A DNA stretch of 60,564 bases, filler included, from Blastocystis sp. subtype 4 (taxonomy: Eukaryota): the NCBI RefSeq assembly GCF_000743755.1. It is 2 parts of 2 records of this genome, joined end to end, with 100 filler letters (N's around TTAATTAATTAA, not from the genome) between each part and the next. Parts side by side here need not be neighbours in the genome. Positions count along the whole stretch, not along the records: positions 1 to 30,479 come from NW_014569430.1; 1 more part is not named here. The stretch is one strand, 5' to 3'. The position numbers and the translations under genes were made by a program. The notes beneath the pieces were generated by a model that was given only the letters and a program-made list of their open reading frames with translations, did not search any database and was not told the DNA's origin. Position 1 is the first letter of the stretch. The number at the start of each line of letters is the position of its first letter. Positions 12,344 to 24,703 of the stretch are shown here, in pieces.

Positions 12344-13982
12344 ATGCTCATATTCTGTTTTCTATTGTTCCTTGTTGACTATTGCGATGCATTTACGAAT
12401 GAATACTTGAATACATCCAGTATTGGATCACAGATGCAAAAGTTTGTGGTTTCGTTCAACTCTTTGAATCTCACCGATATTTCGTCTTTTAGTCAGTCTG
12501 TTGGGAAAAGCACAAATGGAAGACCCATCACTGCTTATTGTTTTGGTCGTTGTGATCCATCCTTTCCTTCAGTACTTCTATTCATATCAAATGATTCATA
12601 GTTATTAATTTTCGGTGGAATTCATGGAAGGGAGGGTTTATCAGTGATGGCTTGTGTCGAGTTCATAGCCTTTCTCTACAAACAGTTAATCTTAATGGAT
12701 ATTGAGTCGTTATATCTGCTTCGTTCTCGGGCTCTTTGGGTGATTCCTTCGCTTAATCCTGACACCTATGATGCCAATATCAAGATGGCTTCTTCTAAGT
12801 CTCCACCTGTATTTGGGCTCAATCGCAAGAATCAGCGCCATAGTTGTAATCCTAAGGAAAAGAAGCTGTCCTTTTTGTTTTATGTTCTTATGTATAGCCA
12901 GTACGATGAAGATGGAGTAGATTTGAATCGTAACTTCCCTATCTGTTTTGATATTGATGAGAAAGGAAGTAGTAGTCGTGGCTGTAGTGAGGATTATCGT
13001 GTATCTCTTTGTATGTCATTTTAGTATAGGGACCATATCCACTTTCAGAACCTGAAACCCAAGCGCTAGATTCTTTTGTGAAATCGAGGAATCACTCTAT
13101 TTTCTTAGCTTTGAGTCTTCATGGATACGGTCGATCGATACTTCATCCATACTCCTGTCAGAAACAAGCATTATCTCTCAATGCTTCTATCCTCACTGTT
13201 TTTGATTATACTATTCGCGAATTTCTTCAGGGAATTCATTACAAATACACTACAGGTCAATCTTGGAAAGTTCCAGGTTTGTATTCCGTGAATGGTGAAG
13301 CAGTTGACTACTTATATTACCAATATTCAATTCCTTCCTTTTCAGTAGAGGTGATTCAATTAAGATGACTTCATTCTAGTTACCTCCAGCCTACCCCCAA
13401 CTTCGAGAAGTCAATGGTTTTTGGCCTTCGATCTCCTCACTACGAAGTGAATGCAATCAGCTCTTGTTTAATTCACTCAAATCGACTGGTTGTAATGTGC
13501 AACTGGCTGGTCGTTTCTTAGAGGTTCTTTTGCATTCCATGTGTGATGATTAGAATCGCGGATTTGGAGTTTGTCACAATTTGAGTGTTGAAATAGGAAA
13601 CAGACAGTATTCTATTCAGCGTCTTCTTTGTTTGATTATCTCTTCATACTTATATTTAGCTTATGAACGTGCTGATATTCATCTAGTACATCATGAAAGA
13701 GTTGAAGTGAAGATGGATTCTATTCTTGTATTTGATTGGAATGAGCACAGTTGTACATATGATCGTCGTTTTAGGAAGTCAATACGACCAACAGTCGTTG
13801 TTGAGGAGATTTCCCAGGTTCCAGTGATCATGAAGATGTATTCCATGAGAATGACGTTGAGTATTCAAGCTATCGAATTTATTACTGCTTTTGTGTTATA
13901 TATGTTGTATCTCTTATTGCATGCTTGTTATGTAGAGTGACAATCTTTTGTGTCTTATTTTGTTATTGCCTTTATCTTCACT
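12344..13982 (+). CDS. M14 zinc carboxypeptidase with signal peptide and C-terminal TM
   Basis: GGIHGREG, NPD, GVDLNRNFP, PLSEPET, SLHGYG and FSVE motifs. Hydrophobic termini. Confidence 0.85.
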
Positions 13983-14015
13983 CTTCTGTTTGTTGAACAA
14001 TCAGATTGTAAATGA

Positions 14016-14920
14016 CTAATTATCAACCTCGTTGAGTTCCTTGATAATGCTATCGTAGTACTTCATAGCAACTGCTTCATCACACAACGTATCATATTCC
14101 TCTTTGTATCAGTTCCCTGCTCCAATCTTACTCTTACAAAGACTACAACGGAATGCATCTTCATGTTTCTTAAAGGATGCTTCCACTTGCTTGCGAAGCG
14201 CAGATTTCTCTTCTTTAGACTTTGCATTGCTGAGTTGCTCACGAATCTCCATAACTTCCATCAGCATTTCCATAGGAACTTTATAGTTTTTGTCCTCACC
14301 CAGAACATCAGTTCCAGTCAGTAATTTCACCTAAGAATGAGTGGAAACAAGCATAACGACCAGATACGCTGCACGAGTGATTGGATTCTTCAGTTTGTTG
14401 TGTGCAATATTTAGTGTGCTAGAGACACTAGCTGAAACTGCTTTCTCTTCCTTATCTTCATCATCCACGTAATACTCTTACCTCTGACTTTGTTGAGTAT
14501 AAATCGGGATGAAGCACCTTTTGCAGGTTTCGGAAGTTCAACTCCAGCTTGTTCAAATTAAGGTCATAAGTCTCGGGTCTATCCTTTAGCTAACAAGTTC
14601 CTTTCATACACTCCAAACAGTTGAAAATAGTTGCATCCTCCTTCTTCAACAGAATAGACAGGTTGGATTTTGTGGCATTCAGGACAGAATCGTTCATTAC
14701 AATTGGTATTGTGATGGCAATTCCAGCATTGACTGTGTTCTACGCATTACCATAAGAACAAAGCGTTACTAGTACAATCACGACACTGAGCCATTTTACA
14801 TGTCGTTGCAAAGGTTCTCAGTGAAAATACGGTTGAAGGTACTGCATAACGAGGAACCACCGTAGTTGTTTTCAGAGTACATCCAACAACTCGGAAAATA
14901 GGATTAGATAAGCGGTACAT
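14016..14920 (-). CDS. HSCB: Fe-S cluster co-chaperone HscB/HSC20 (J-domain)
   Basis: Presequence-like N-terminus, CWNC...FCPEC...IQP, NYFQLF, LQKVLHPD, LKNPITRAAYL and LMEVMEIRE. Confidence 0.9.
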
Positions 14921-15086
14921 TCTTAAACGAAAGAATGACTGAGAGGTGTTGTTGTGGCAACTCTTTTTCTATCGATGGGATTGACAAACTGTAGTTGATT
15001 ATGGCATCCTATTACATAGAAAGTGACAGGATGATAAAGAGTAAAAGAACCGTGATTATGTAAAAGGACTATTTTCTCGTTGTGAA

Positions 15087-17471
15087 ATGAATCATTGTTG
15101 TTGGTACTTGTTTAGTGTGGTATTTTTGGCATGTGTAGGTGATAGAAATATTGAATTACGTATAGACTTTATTCCTGGCAATTCAGGGTCAGTTTGCTAG
15201 TATTCTGTTATTTCAATGTATAACAAATAGTTTCTACAAGTAGAGAGGACACTGATTTATTCTCTGTTCGCAATGTGGGAAGAAGCGTTTTACCAAGTGA
15301 TTTGCGTATGAATGTGAATTTGAAACTGTCTAATGTGAATCTTTATACTTCTGTACCTGTAGGTTTGATTATGTGGAATGAAAAGTAGAGTGTAGTTTCA
15401 GTATTGGAGGACAAAAACCAATCGTTTGACAAGTTATCCTTTCATAGCTCTTCGTCCATTGTTCCAAAGCAGGATTCTTCATCAGTTTTGGAGAAGAGTC
15501 TTCCAGTTGCTACAAATGGGTCACATCTATCTAAGCCAAATGAAGTGGAGGCAACACATGTTACTCTCCTCCCTGAACGTGAAGAGGACGTCAGTGAGGA
15601 GAAGGAGAAGGATGTTATCAAGGTGACAAAGGAGGAGGAGCTGAAGAGGGTGAAGGAAGAAGTGAAGAACCAAGAAATGGAAGAAGAAGTGAAGGAAGAA
15701 GTGAAGAACCAAGAAGTGAAGGATCAAGGAGTGGAGGAAGAAGTGAAGGATCAAGGAGTGAAGGAAGTAAAGGAAGAAGTAAAGGACCAAGAAGCGAAGG
15801 ACCAAGAAGTGGAGGAAGTAGTGAAGGATCAAGGAGTGAAGGAAGAAGTGAAGGAAGAAGCGAAGGAAGAAGTGAAGGAAGTGGAAGAAGAAGTGAAGGA
15901 AGAAGTGAAGGAAGAAGAAGTGAAGGAAGAAGTGAAGGAAGAAGAAGTGAAGGAAGTAAAGGAAGTGGAGGAAGTGAAGGATCAAGGAGTGAAGGAAGAA
16001 GTGAAGGAAGTGGAAGAAGAAGTGAAGGAAGAAGTGAAGGAAGAAGAAGTGAAGGAAGTGAAGGAAGTAAAGGAAGTGGAGGAAGTGAAGGATCAAGGAG
16101 TGAAGGAAGAAGTGAAGGAAGAAGTGAAGGATCAAGGAGTGAAGGAAGAAGTGAAGGAAGTGGAAGAAGAAGTGAAGGACCAAGAAGTGGAGGAAGTGAA
16201 GGAAGTGAAGGAAGTGAAGGAAGTGAAGGAAGTGAAGGATCAAGGAGTGAAGGAAGAAGTGAAGGAAGTGGAAGAAGAAGCGAAGGACCAAGAAGTAAAG
16301 GAAGACAATGAGAAGGAAGAGGTAAAGGAGGAGAAGGATGGTGAGCAAAAGAACGAGAATAACGAGAAGCAAATGAAGGAGGAACCACAGCCTTCTCTTC
16401 GTCCTGCTGTGAAGTTGGAGGAAGGAAAAGAGGTAGAAGAAAAGGCAAAAATACAGAGAAGAGAAATGGAGAGACTTCAGAAAAATGAAAAGAAGGAGGA
16501 TGCAGCCAAGTTTGTAGTATCCGTTAATACGACTCTCCTTCAAGTACAAGAATCATCTCAATTCACATATCCTTCGAGTGCCACTCATTATTCATTAGTT
16601 ATGGTGTTTTCAACAGATTCACCAGTATGTCTTATGATCTATATCTTATTGTAGATTGTTGATGTTACATTCCACAATACACTTCGCTCTCTTCAATTAT
16701 TAGAAAATTACACGAATTTTAAGGCAATTGTCTTTACCAATTCATCCGTGGTTTGGAATGCTACAAGACGACATCATATTTTCACTCAAGATGTCATTCC
16801 ACGAAATGAATTCGGAGTACCTTTGATTCGAGAGATGTTCCTCTTTGCAAAACGCAGATTTTCGGCAGATTTCTACGGATACGCAAATAGTGGCATTTTG
16901 TTGAATCCAGGAATTCTCAAGCAATTGAAAGTCGTTTTGAAGGCAATAAATGTTAAAGAATTGCCCAAACAAGTTGAATTAGCAGCTCGTGCTCGAAGTG
17001 CTCATGTGGGGCTGAAGACGGTGAAGTATGTTGATGTACAAACGTATGCAAAGAGTCTCCGAGGGTTGAATAAGCGAAGCAGTGTGAAGAACCAAATCAA
17101 TGCTGTAGGGAAGAGATCAATGATTGAATGTAGGATGTGTTAATCTTCTCAAGATGGTTCCCCTTCATCGCTATTCCAGATGTAGTCGTCGGTCGGAAGT
17201 ATTTGGATTTGTATTTGATGAATCTGGCCACATCCAATAATATCCCTCTTATCAATCTTTCTGATTCTTGTTAACTCATTTGGTGGTTTTTATTGTAGTT
17301 GTGAATATCCAACAAGGATTTGGAACCAATCAGAAGAAACTCCAATTATCTGTAGAAGATGCTAAATGGAACAAGAAATATTTAGGAAAAGCATCTTCTG
17401 AGGTTCTAAATGAGGCTAAGTTGAAAATCTGTCCTGACTTGCTTCTTGCTCGTCAGTGTCGCAAACAGTAA
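15087..17471 (+). CDS. Type II membrane protein with long EVKE/DQGVK repeat stem and C-terminal glycosyltransferase-like domain
   Basis: Hydrophobic N-terminus assembled over three ~30-nt introns, in frame with ORF 15404-16654. C-terminal NEFGVPLIREMF, FYGYANSGIL and IPDVVVGR. Confidence 0.6.
15645..16305 (+). repeat. Coding tandem repeat (GAAGTGAAG / GATCAAGGAGTGAAG units)
   Basis: Directly visible purine-rich repeats encoding EEVK, EVK and DQGVK. Confidence 0.95.
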
Positions 17472-17496
17472 TCCTGTTTATTTACAAACATCTGAA

Positions 17497-18295
17497 TTAA
17501 TCTCTTTCATTAATGGCTGTCAAGTAACGGTCCACAGTCTCATCATCAACCACCCGATACTTGCCTCCCTTTTCTATAACACCAACTTCAATATCCTTTG
17601 GAGCTACGTCTACAGACAACACGTTCTGGAACACTTGAAGCGCCAGCTTGATCACTTCCTCATTGTCATCAAGAAGAGGCTCTTGACCAATCTTCTTTTC
17701 CAGATAGTTTATTGCTTCTTGTGATTTTGGACCTGCTGCAACACCCTATAGATTATCCTTCGTCAAAACAACCACTCTGTAACTCCAGCAATTGCCAGCA
17801 GGATCAATTCTATATACCTTGCTTCCATCCTCTTCATCAATACTAAAAGTAAGTCCAAAATAAAGAGAAATACCCGAAAAGAACCATCACACAACCAAGA
17901 ACTCTCATTTCAGCGCGTTGTGTATACAATTGACACTTATCAGCTACTTTTCTTGCCAATACACTGATCGGTATCTCATATCCATACTTCGCTTTATATT
18001 CAATAGCCTTTTCACGGGCTCGATTTACCTGAGTTACACAATCTGCCTGAAGTCCAGTCATTACACACCCCACATGATCGGTAATTCTGTAGAGATTTGT
18101 TACACTTCTTATATCGATTGTGTTGTCCGTAATCTTCTTTTGAGATATCGCAACTGCAATGTTAGTTCCTTTCATTCCCACAATCAGTTGTCCAAATGAC
18201 TTCACGGCATTGAACGCATATTCAATCTGATAGAGACGACCTTCAGGGGAGAAAACAGTAATATTACGATCGTATCCAGAGCTTCGACGGTCCAT
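17497..18295 (-). CDS. PSMA6: Proteasome subunit alpha type-6 (alpha1)
   Basis: GYDRNITVFSPEGRLYQIEYAF, YGYEIP, YTQRAEMR and IDPAG; ends AINERD. Confidence 0.95.
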
Positions 18296-18391
18296 TTACA
18301 AAAAGTGAAGATGTCAACTCTCCTTCCGCTAAAACTCTTTCATCCCCGTGATTTTATCTCAAGTCATAAAGGAAATAGCCAATTGTTTAAT

Positions 18392-20194
18392 ATGTGCCAC
18401 CTGGGAGTTTAGACAGTCATATACTGACTGCAAGAGTGGATACAGAAACTGTGACATCATCGATAACGATTCTCTCAATAAATAGTTTAAAATGCAACAC
18501 AAAGAATACTAAATCAATCTTCTAGGACTTTGGACTTCTTCACAACTCCTGCTTCTTCAGATACTGTGTCACTGTTTATGCAACTAGATAAGTATGATCC
18601 AACTTCTTCTTTCATGTTCTATAGTTCATTCACCCAAATCCAAGATGCACCTCAACAGCAGAACACAAATAATACATATCTCCTTCGTGTAATAATGGCA
18701 ACGGTTCAGTATCTGTTTGGAGTGCTTTCTGTGGAATACCCTTCTTTCTCATTTCCTCTGCTGTTCTTGTTGATTCAAACTGAGTTTCTCCATATTTCTT
18801 TACTACAACATGAATCGAGTACTCCATTGATTTGTTATGGGTGATGGGTCGTGGACAGAAAGTACTACAGTGTTAATTTTCTTGTAATTGAAAGCTTTCC
18901 ACAGCTAAGAAGATTAAATCGTATGGATCCCAGAACCTTCTTCCTTCTCAGAAACAACTACCTGACCAGGGTGGTGACAAATCGAAGAAGAAACGAGTAA
19001 CAAAAATAAAATCGTAGAATTGAATACTTGATGGTCATCAATAGAACTACTCAACCTGCAACAAATACCTTACAGAAGAAGAATACAGCTCTGTTTACAA
19101 TGGGTCCTGTAGCTACACTAGACGGTGGATTGCTTCAGGGTTTCAGTCTTTGTCCCAGTAGTCGCTTAATATGTTCATATAATGATGATGGAGTGATTAG
19201 TGTAATCGGAATCCTAGTTCTAGTAACAACTAGTTTTGGGATCCATCAATGCGGCTCATTTCATCATTAAGAAGGAATCTTCCCATAACTTCGATATTAC
19301 TTTTTGTAAGTGTCTTAGTTTGCTTTTACAATAGCCAAAACATCTAATAGTTGCTGAGTTATCTTCTCCAAATGAGTGTGAACTGAAGTCCATCAATCTG
19401 CAAACAGGGATCACTCGATTCATCTATGTTGGAACTTTGTTCTTTCTTTCCCATAGAAATTCTCTTCTGCAATCCAATTTCTCTTTTATTGCAAACCCTA
19501 CATGGATGGATTCGTGACTATCGACTCCATTGGTATGATGCATTTCTTTGCTCGCGAAGGGAATGGATGGAAGATGGTTCTACAACGCTCTCTTGGATGT
19601 GCTGTTACAATGGCTGCGCTTAACGAGTCTGGAACAATAGTGTTTATTGGGAATGAAAGCGAAGTGGTCAAAGTTGTCAATTTAGCCTCAGGCGAAGTCA
19701 CGGAAGTGACTACCAATTGTCAACGTGCACTTGTGAGAGTTGATCTTTTGTCTAATATGCAGTCACTCGTACCGTTTGAATTAGGAGATCAAGAAATGCT
19801 AGTTGTGACTTCTTCCTCTTCTATCAGTGTGATTGATGTGAAGATGAATAAGCGGTTACGCATAACAATGGAAGTAGGAATAGCAGACCCAGTTAATAGC
19901 TAGGAGGGTCAACAATTTTTCTATAGTTCAGTTTTGCGACTTCAGAGTGGTTTGATGGTTCTTATTGTATCATCAAAAGCTCATAGCGTAGAAAGGATGA
20001 GAAATATACTAATGAATAGATGAGTACTGTTACCTTCTATTCGTTACCAGTTCTGAAACGAATTGCTTTTGTAGTAAACCGAGACAATCAGTGTGCAAAT
20101 CTTATTGTGGATTTATCTCCTCTTCGGCACAATCCTATCATACTCATTACTTATCAAAGTAATCAACTTCGCCTAATTCAGTTCAATTCTAATT
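18392..20194 (+). CDS. Hypothetical protein, probable WD40/beta-propeller; start uncertain
   Basis: Chain of plus-strand exons with beta-propeller-like segments (LICSYNDDGVISVW, VFIGNESEVVKVVNL). Ends at a poly(A) motif. Confidence 0.45.
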
Positions 20195-20230
20195 CCTATG
20201 TTTGTTCATTAACACACATTCACAACTATC

Positions 20231-23200
20231 CTATGAATATACAGGTAACATAATATGTTGATTGTCAATGAATACCATAGGCTCTAATGGAGTTCGATAA
20301 ATGTTATTCTTCTCCCTTCTAACCACTATCGGATTGTTAGTAAAGAGAATACTTTGAACATTATCTGCACTAGTAAGGTCACATTGTTTCATCTCGCCTG
20401 AATAGATCAGATTGTTATCTAACAACAATGAAAACGATCGTACACCACGAGAAGGAGTCTTTCGGTAATTCCAAAACTAGTCCTGATTTGCTTCAATCAT
20501 ATCTACTTTGATACAACCAATTACAATTGGTCTTCTAAACAATAAAAACATACTATTGGTGATTCCTGCTCGTTCCTGAGCAGATCCCCGATAACATAGA
20601 GGAGCCAACCAACAATCACGACTATTACGAGATTCTGAAGGTTGGAAGAGTTTATCTACAGTACGAGTATCTCGCTTCTCTGAGTTTCGTGTTAAACCAT
20701 TTAGGGAGGATGGAAATGCAAATACCTACCAAAATCAGGAATCACAAAAATACTCATTACTTTGCTCACATCAATGGGAATCATGTCTCCATCGGGAGAA
20801 AGAATCTGAATTCGTTCCAATCCGAGAAAGGATGGATCTCCCCATGTTGATACAAATTGAATTTTCAGGATCGACCCACAAGGATGAAGAGGGCACAAAA
20901 AGTCTTGTTCTGGAAGAGGACAACTCATTGGATAGGAAAACGATGATGGTTGAATAAGATTAGATCGAAGAGTCTCAGGTGCTGTTAGCGAAATGATTTG
21001 TGAATAGTCAAATAGATCTACTCCTGGTGCTTTATGAAGAAATATGAGATCACTCTATCACTTAGAGAACAAATGAACCATTACTCCAACGATCTCACCA
21101 TTTATCTGAATACGAATATACTTGGTACCACGATAACACTCTAATGAACTCTTGTTATAATTGAAGATTCGTAATCCATATATCCGACGAGGTCGCAACC
21201 ATGATAACTATTATTAATAACCACGGGAATCACTCACATGTATTATAGGAGTTTCATTTCTATAATATAGAGGAACTAACCACATAGATGAAGAAGAAGT
21301 GGACAAATTCTCCTTGAAAAATAGGTTTTCCAATTTTCGAACATCTTCTGTCCATCCTAACGAGGCCAAATCGCGTGGGAAAGCAGCAAATTGGGTTTCG
21401 TATGGTGTAACTATCATTCCATGTTCATCAATCACTTCTATTCCTGTTAAACCAATATACTCAGATTGACCCCATGGTTCTATTAACTGAATCGTAATTT
21501 CTGATGTCATAATATATGGAAGGGGAGTTTCATTCAAAGGGAGTTTCAGATGTGAATAAACTGGTTCGGTATCATTTTGTTCTGAATGTGAATAATTCAT
21601 ACTCTTGCAGAGGCGAGGTCGTAATCCTTCTTCAATAGATGACTTCCTATTCATATCATCAATAGAATAGGAATTCTGAAAATACCGACTATTTTGAGTT
21701 TCAAATGGAATTGCCGAACGTGGAATGGGACTGGATTGATGAGAATAGGAACGAGGATGAGTGCGTGAATCTGAAAGTGATTTGAACTCATTAGGAGGAG
21801 GAGTACGATTGGCAGAACTAGAATAAAGAGAAATGACAAAGTCTACGATCCGTGGAGTAATCGATAGAACTGATGCTGTTGACGAGATCGTTCATATGTC
21901 TGTTTCCGCGGGGATACAGCTGAAGCAAATAATTCATTTGATAAGAACCGACGAAACACATTTTGATCTGTGTGAAATAGAATGATCGTTTGGATGATCT
22001 ATATCAAAGAATAATATTAACTGAACATTCCCGTGATTAAGATAGCCATGAAAGATAGGAGTTTTATCTTCAAGAACTTCAATAGATCGAACTCCAATGT
22101 CCATTGCATTCACAATTTCTGGATTTTCAATTATCATATATGAGAGAACTCGAGATGGAGAGAATACAAATTGAACATTGAATGGAGAGTCTTCTGATGA
22201 ATTATAGTGCTCTCAATCAATCTACGTAACGAGTAGTCGATACTCCACATTCGTTCTCCTCGTAACATTGCATAAAAACGGTCTTGTTGATCCAGAGGCA
22301 ATGGAGGAAACGAGAGGACTGTGACGGTAGCTGGCTCTATTGGTACTGCCATTCCATTCTCATCAAAAAACTGAATCTCTACGATAAATGGATTCCAAAA
22401 ATAACCACTATTTAGACCAAATGTCCAACTACTATCCCATGAAGACTCGATAATGACATTAACACATCCAATAGGATGTGGAGGAATTATAACCTCAGCA
22501 GTTGAAGGATCCTAGATAAGACTTGATCACTAACCATACATCAGAGAAGGAGACGTCGGTTCCAGGCACATAGAGATCGAATTCAGGTGATGATGAATTG
22601 AGAGAGAGATGTGGATGAATACCCGAAGATTCATTGGAGACAAGGATGCCTAACACATAAGAATGAGACCACAGATATACTGGAATCAGAGTCTGCTATA
22701 TGACTGTGGCGGAATACTCGAGATTCGTTCTCTTCACGTGGTAAAGCCAGATTCATTGATCGATCTATCATTCCATCGCGAGGATTGGAAGAGTCCACCC
22801 ATCGCGTACCTAAGGAATGACGACTCCAAAGTGCAGCTCCTTGACGAGTTCGACTTCCAGTCTCAGTAGCTTCGACAATGGACACTTCAGGAGAGAAGTC
22901 CATACGATGAGAACGATGATGCGATATTTCATAACTCCGCCGTAAGAATTCCCTCTCTTGTTCTGCAGAAGTATGGTCTATCGAAACAGGAAGTGACTTA
23001 CGATAGACGCGATAAGATGGAGAGGAACTGGGAGAACCCACCATAACTCTAGAACTATTGCGTCGAAGTGAACTGTGATGACGAAGAGACCGTTGAGGGA
23101 GCGAGTCACTAACATGGGAATGGAGAGATGGGCCCTTTGGAGTCATGCAGTAACAGAGATAAGCAGAGATCTATGAATGAGAAAAGATGAGAAATGCAAC

Positions 23201-23233
23201 CTCATTCCAGTCAATATTGCCACTTGTTGACAT
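20231..23233 (-). CDS. KATNIP: KATNIP/KIAA0556-like protein (DUF4457 repeats); 5' end uncertain
   Basis: Repeated modules PWGQSEYIGLTGIEV, STWGDPSFLGLERIQI, LRIFNYNKS..RG.K and WNYRKTPSRGVRSF. Confidence 0.8.
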
Positions 23234-23239
23234 AAACAC

Positions 23240-23964
23240 CATCTGAGACAAATGATGCCGTTGTTGAGGATTGAGATGCATTAGCATATGATAGCAATTC
23301 TGAAAATGAAACGAAAATAACGAAAAGCACCCTAAAAGTAGAACTATACTGAGAGAGATCTAATCATGAGAGATGCTACCATCGTCTACCAGGAACCTTT
23401 GAATCCATAGAGACATCCTATTGGTGAGGGAAAGAAAGAAAACGAACGTCAATAACATAGAGCAGCGACAGCAGTTCAAGAATATTCATACTATGAAGCA
23501 TTTTTGCTAAGTCCTGTTGTGGGAAATCTAGACATTGGGTGACGAGACAGTGAGAACCATCATTTTTAGGAATTGTTGAACTTATGCTGGAATAGTGAAT
23601 AAAAAACCAAATAACATACCTAGAACGAGAAATAGCACGAACACTGTTCTGACAATGCGAGTTAGACAGTTCCTTGTTGTCTATTCATCGTAACAAATTA
23701 CTGAATTCCTACGTCTCTGCATATTCGATGGGAACGAAGGATTTGCACAACAGAGAAACAAGAAATGAGATCCAAAAACACTTGTTTTTTTGGATACATA
23801 AGTATTTCATATTTTGATATCCTCTCCTTTTCGACGAATCCAATGCAACCATCATATGGCTGGATGCTATCATCGGAAAACTTACAGGAATCAAGAAAAG
23901 TATGTATTGTTATCATGATGTTATGAATAGACATCAGAAACGACTCCTCTATCTGTTTCATCAC
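23240..23964 (-). CDS. Hypothetical multi-exon coding region (separate gene or KATNIP 5' extension)
   Basis: 88-aa ORF plus several GT-AG ~30-nt intron candidates. No recognisable motif. Confidence 0.3.
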
Positions 23965-24085
23965 AATATTCAGCTTCTACAGCGTATAATTCACCACAAA
24001 CTACAAATCTGCCCTCTTCAGCCGTAAGTTGTATTATCACTTATTGATTGATTAGGCGTTTCCAAGTCCAGCGTACCCTAGAAGT

Positions 24086-24682
24086 ATGGTTGATAATCGT
24101 AGGGTAATGGTTCCAAATTCGGTTCAAGTTCCATCAGGATCAGTTCCAACCACTACTCAATCACATTCAGCTGAACCATCTGTTGCAGACGTGGATCCTC
24201 TAATAGTATCGATGCCTAGAACAACTTCAATCTCTTCAGATCTGCAAACCCAAGAACCTACAAATATCCCTTCTTCGGGAGTTCCAGTTTCAAATGAGCA
24301 GATACCGGAAGAATCTACTCGAGAGGAACCAAAGCTGCGTCACTTCTATGTAGTAGATCCTTCTACTCCAAAGCCGGATAATCCAAACCAATTTGTGGAT
24401 CCTGAAGTCGTTTTGGTTGAATGCTGTAAGTCGTAGACTGGAGAGCGCTGGATTCGTTGTCAAAATCCTTTCTGTGGTAAGTGGCGGTATGTTCCACCAG
24501 AAGTGACACTACCTGAAGGTTTATGGTTCTGTGTGATGAATACGTGGGATGAATCGATAGCAACATGTGAGTATCCTCAATTGGAAGAAGGGTGCATCAT
24601 AACGAAGAAAGAAGAACCAGAAAAACCCTGGTTACCTCATGTAGAGAGTCATTTTGAACGGATCCTCCCAAGTGTATATTAA
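24086..24682 (+). CDS. CW-type zinc finger protein
   Basis: Last exon WIRCQNPFCGKWRYVP...LWFCVMNTWD..IATC.YPQ matches the zf-CW pattern. Confidence 0.8.
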
Positions 24683-24703
24683 TACAATATTTGTTTTGTT
24701 TCT

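Noticed and set aside
15527..16549. Long antisense ORFs (FLHFF and LPSLL repeats)
   Set aside because: Shadow frames of the purine-rich EVKE repeat, which lacks stops on the opposite strand.
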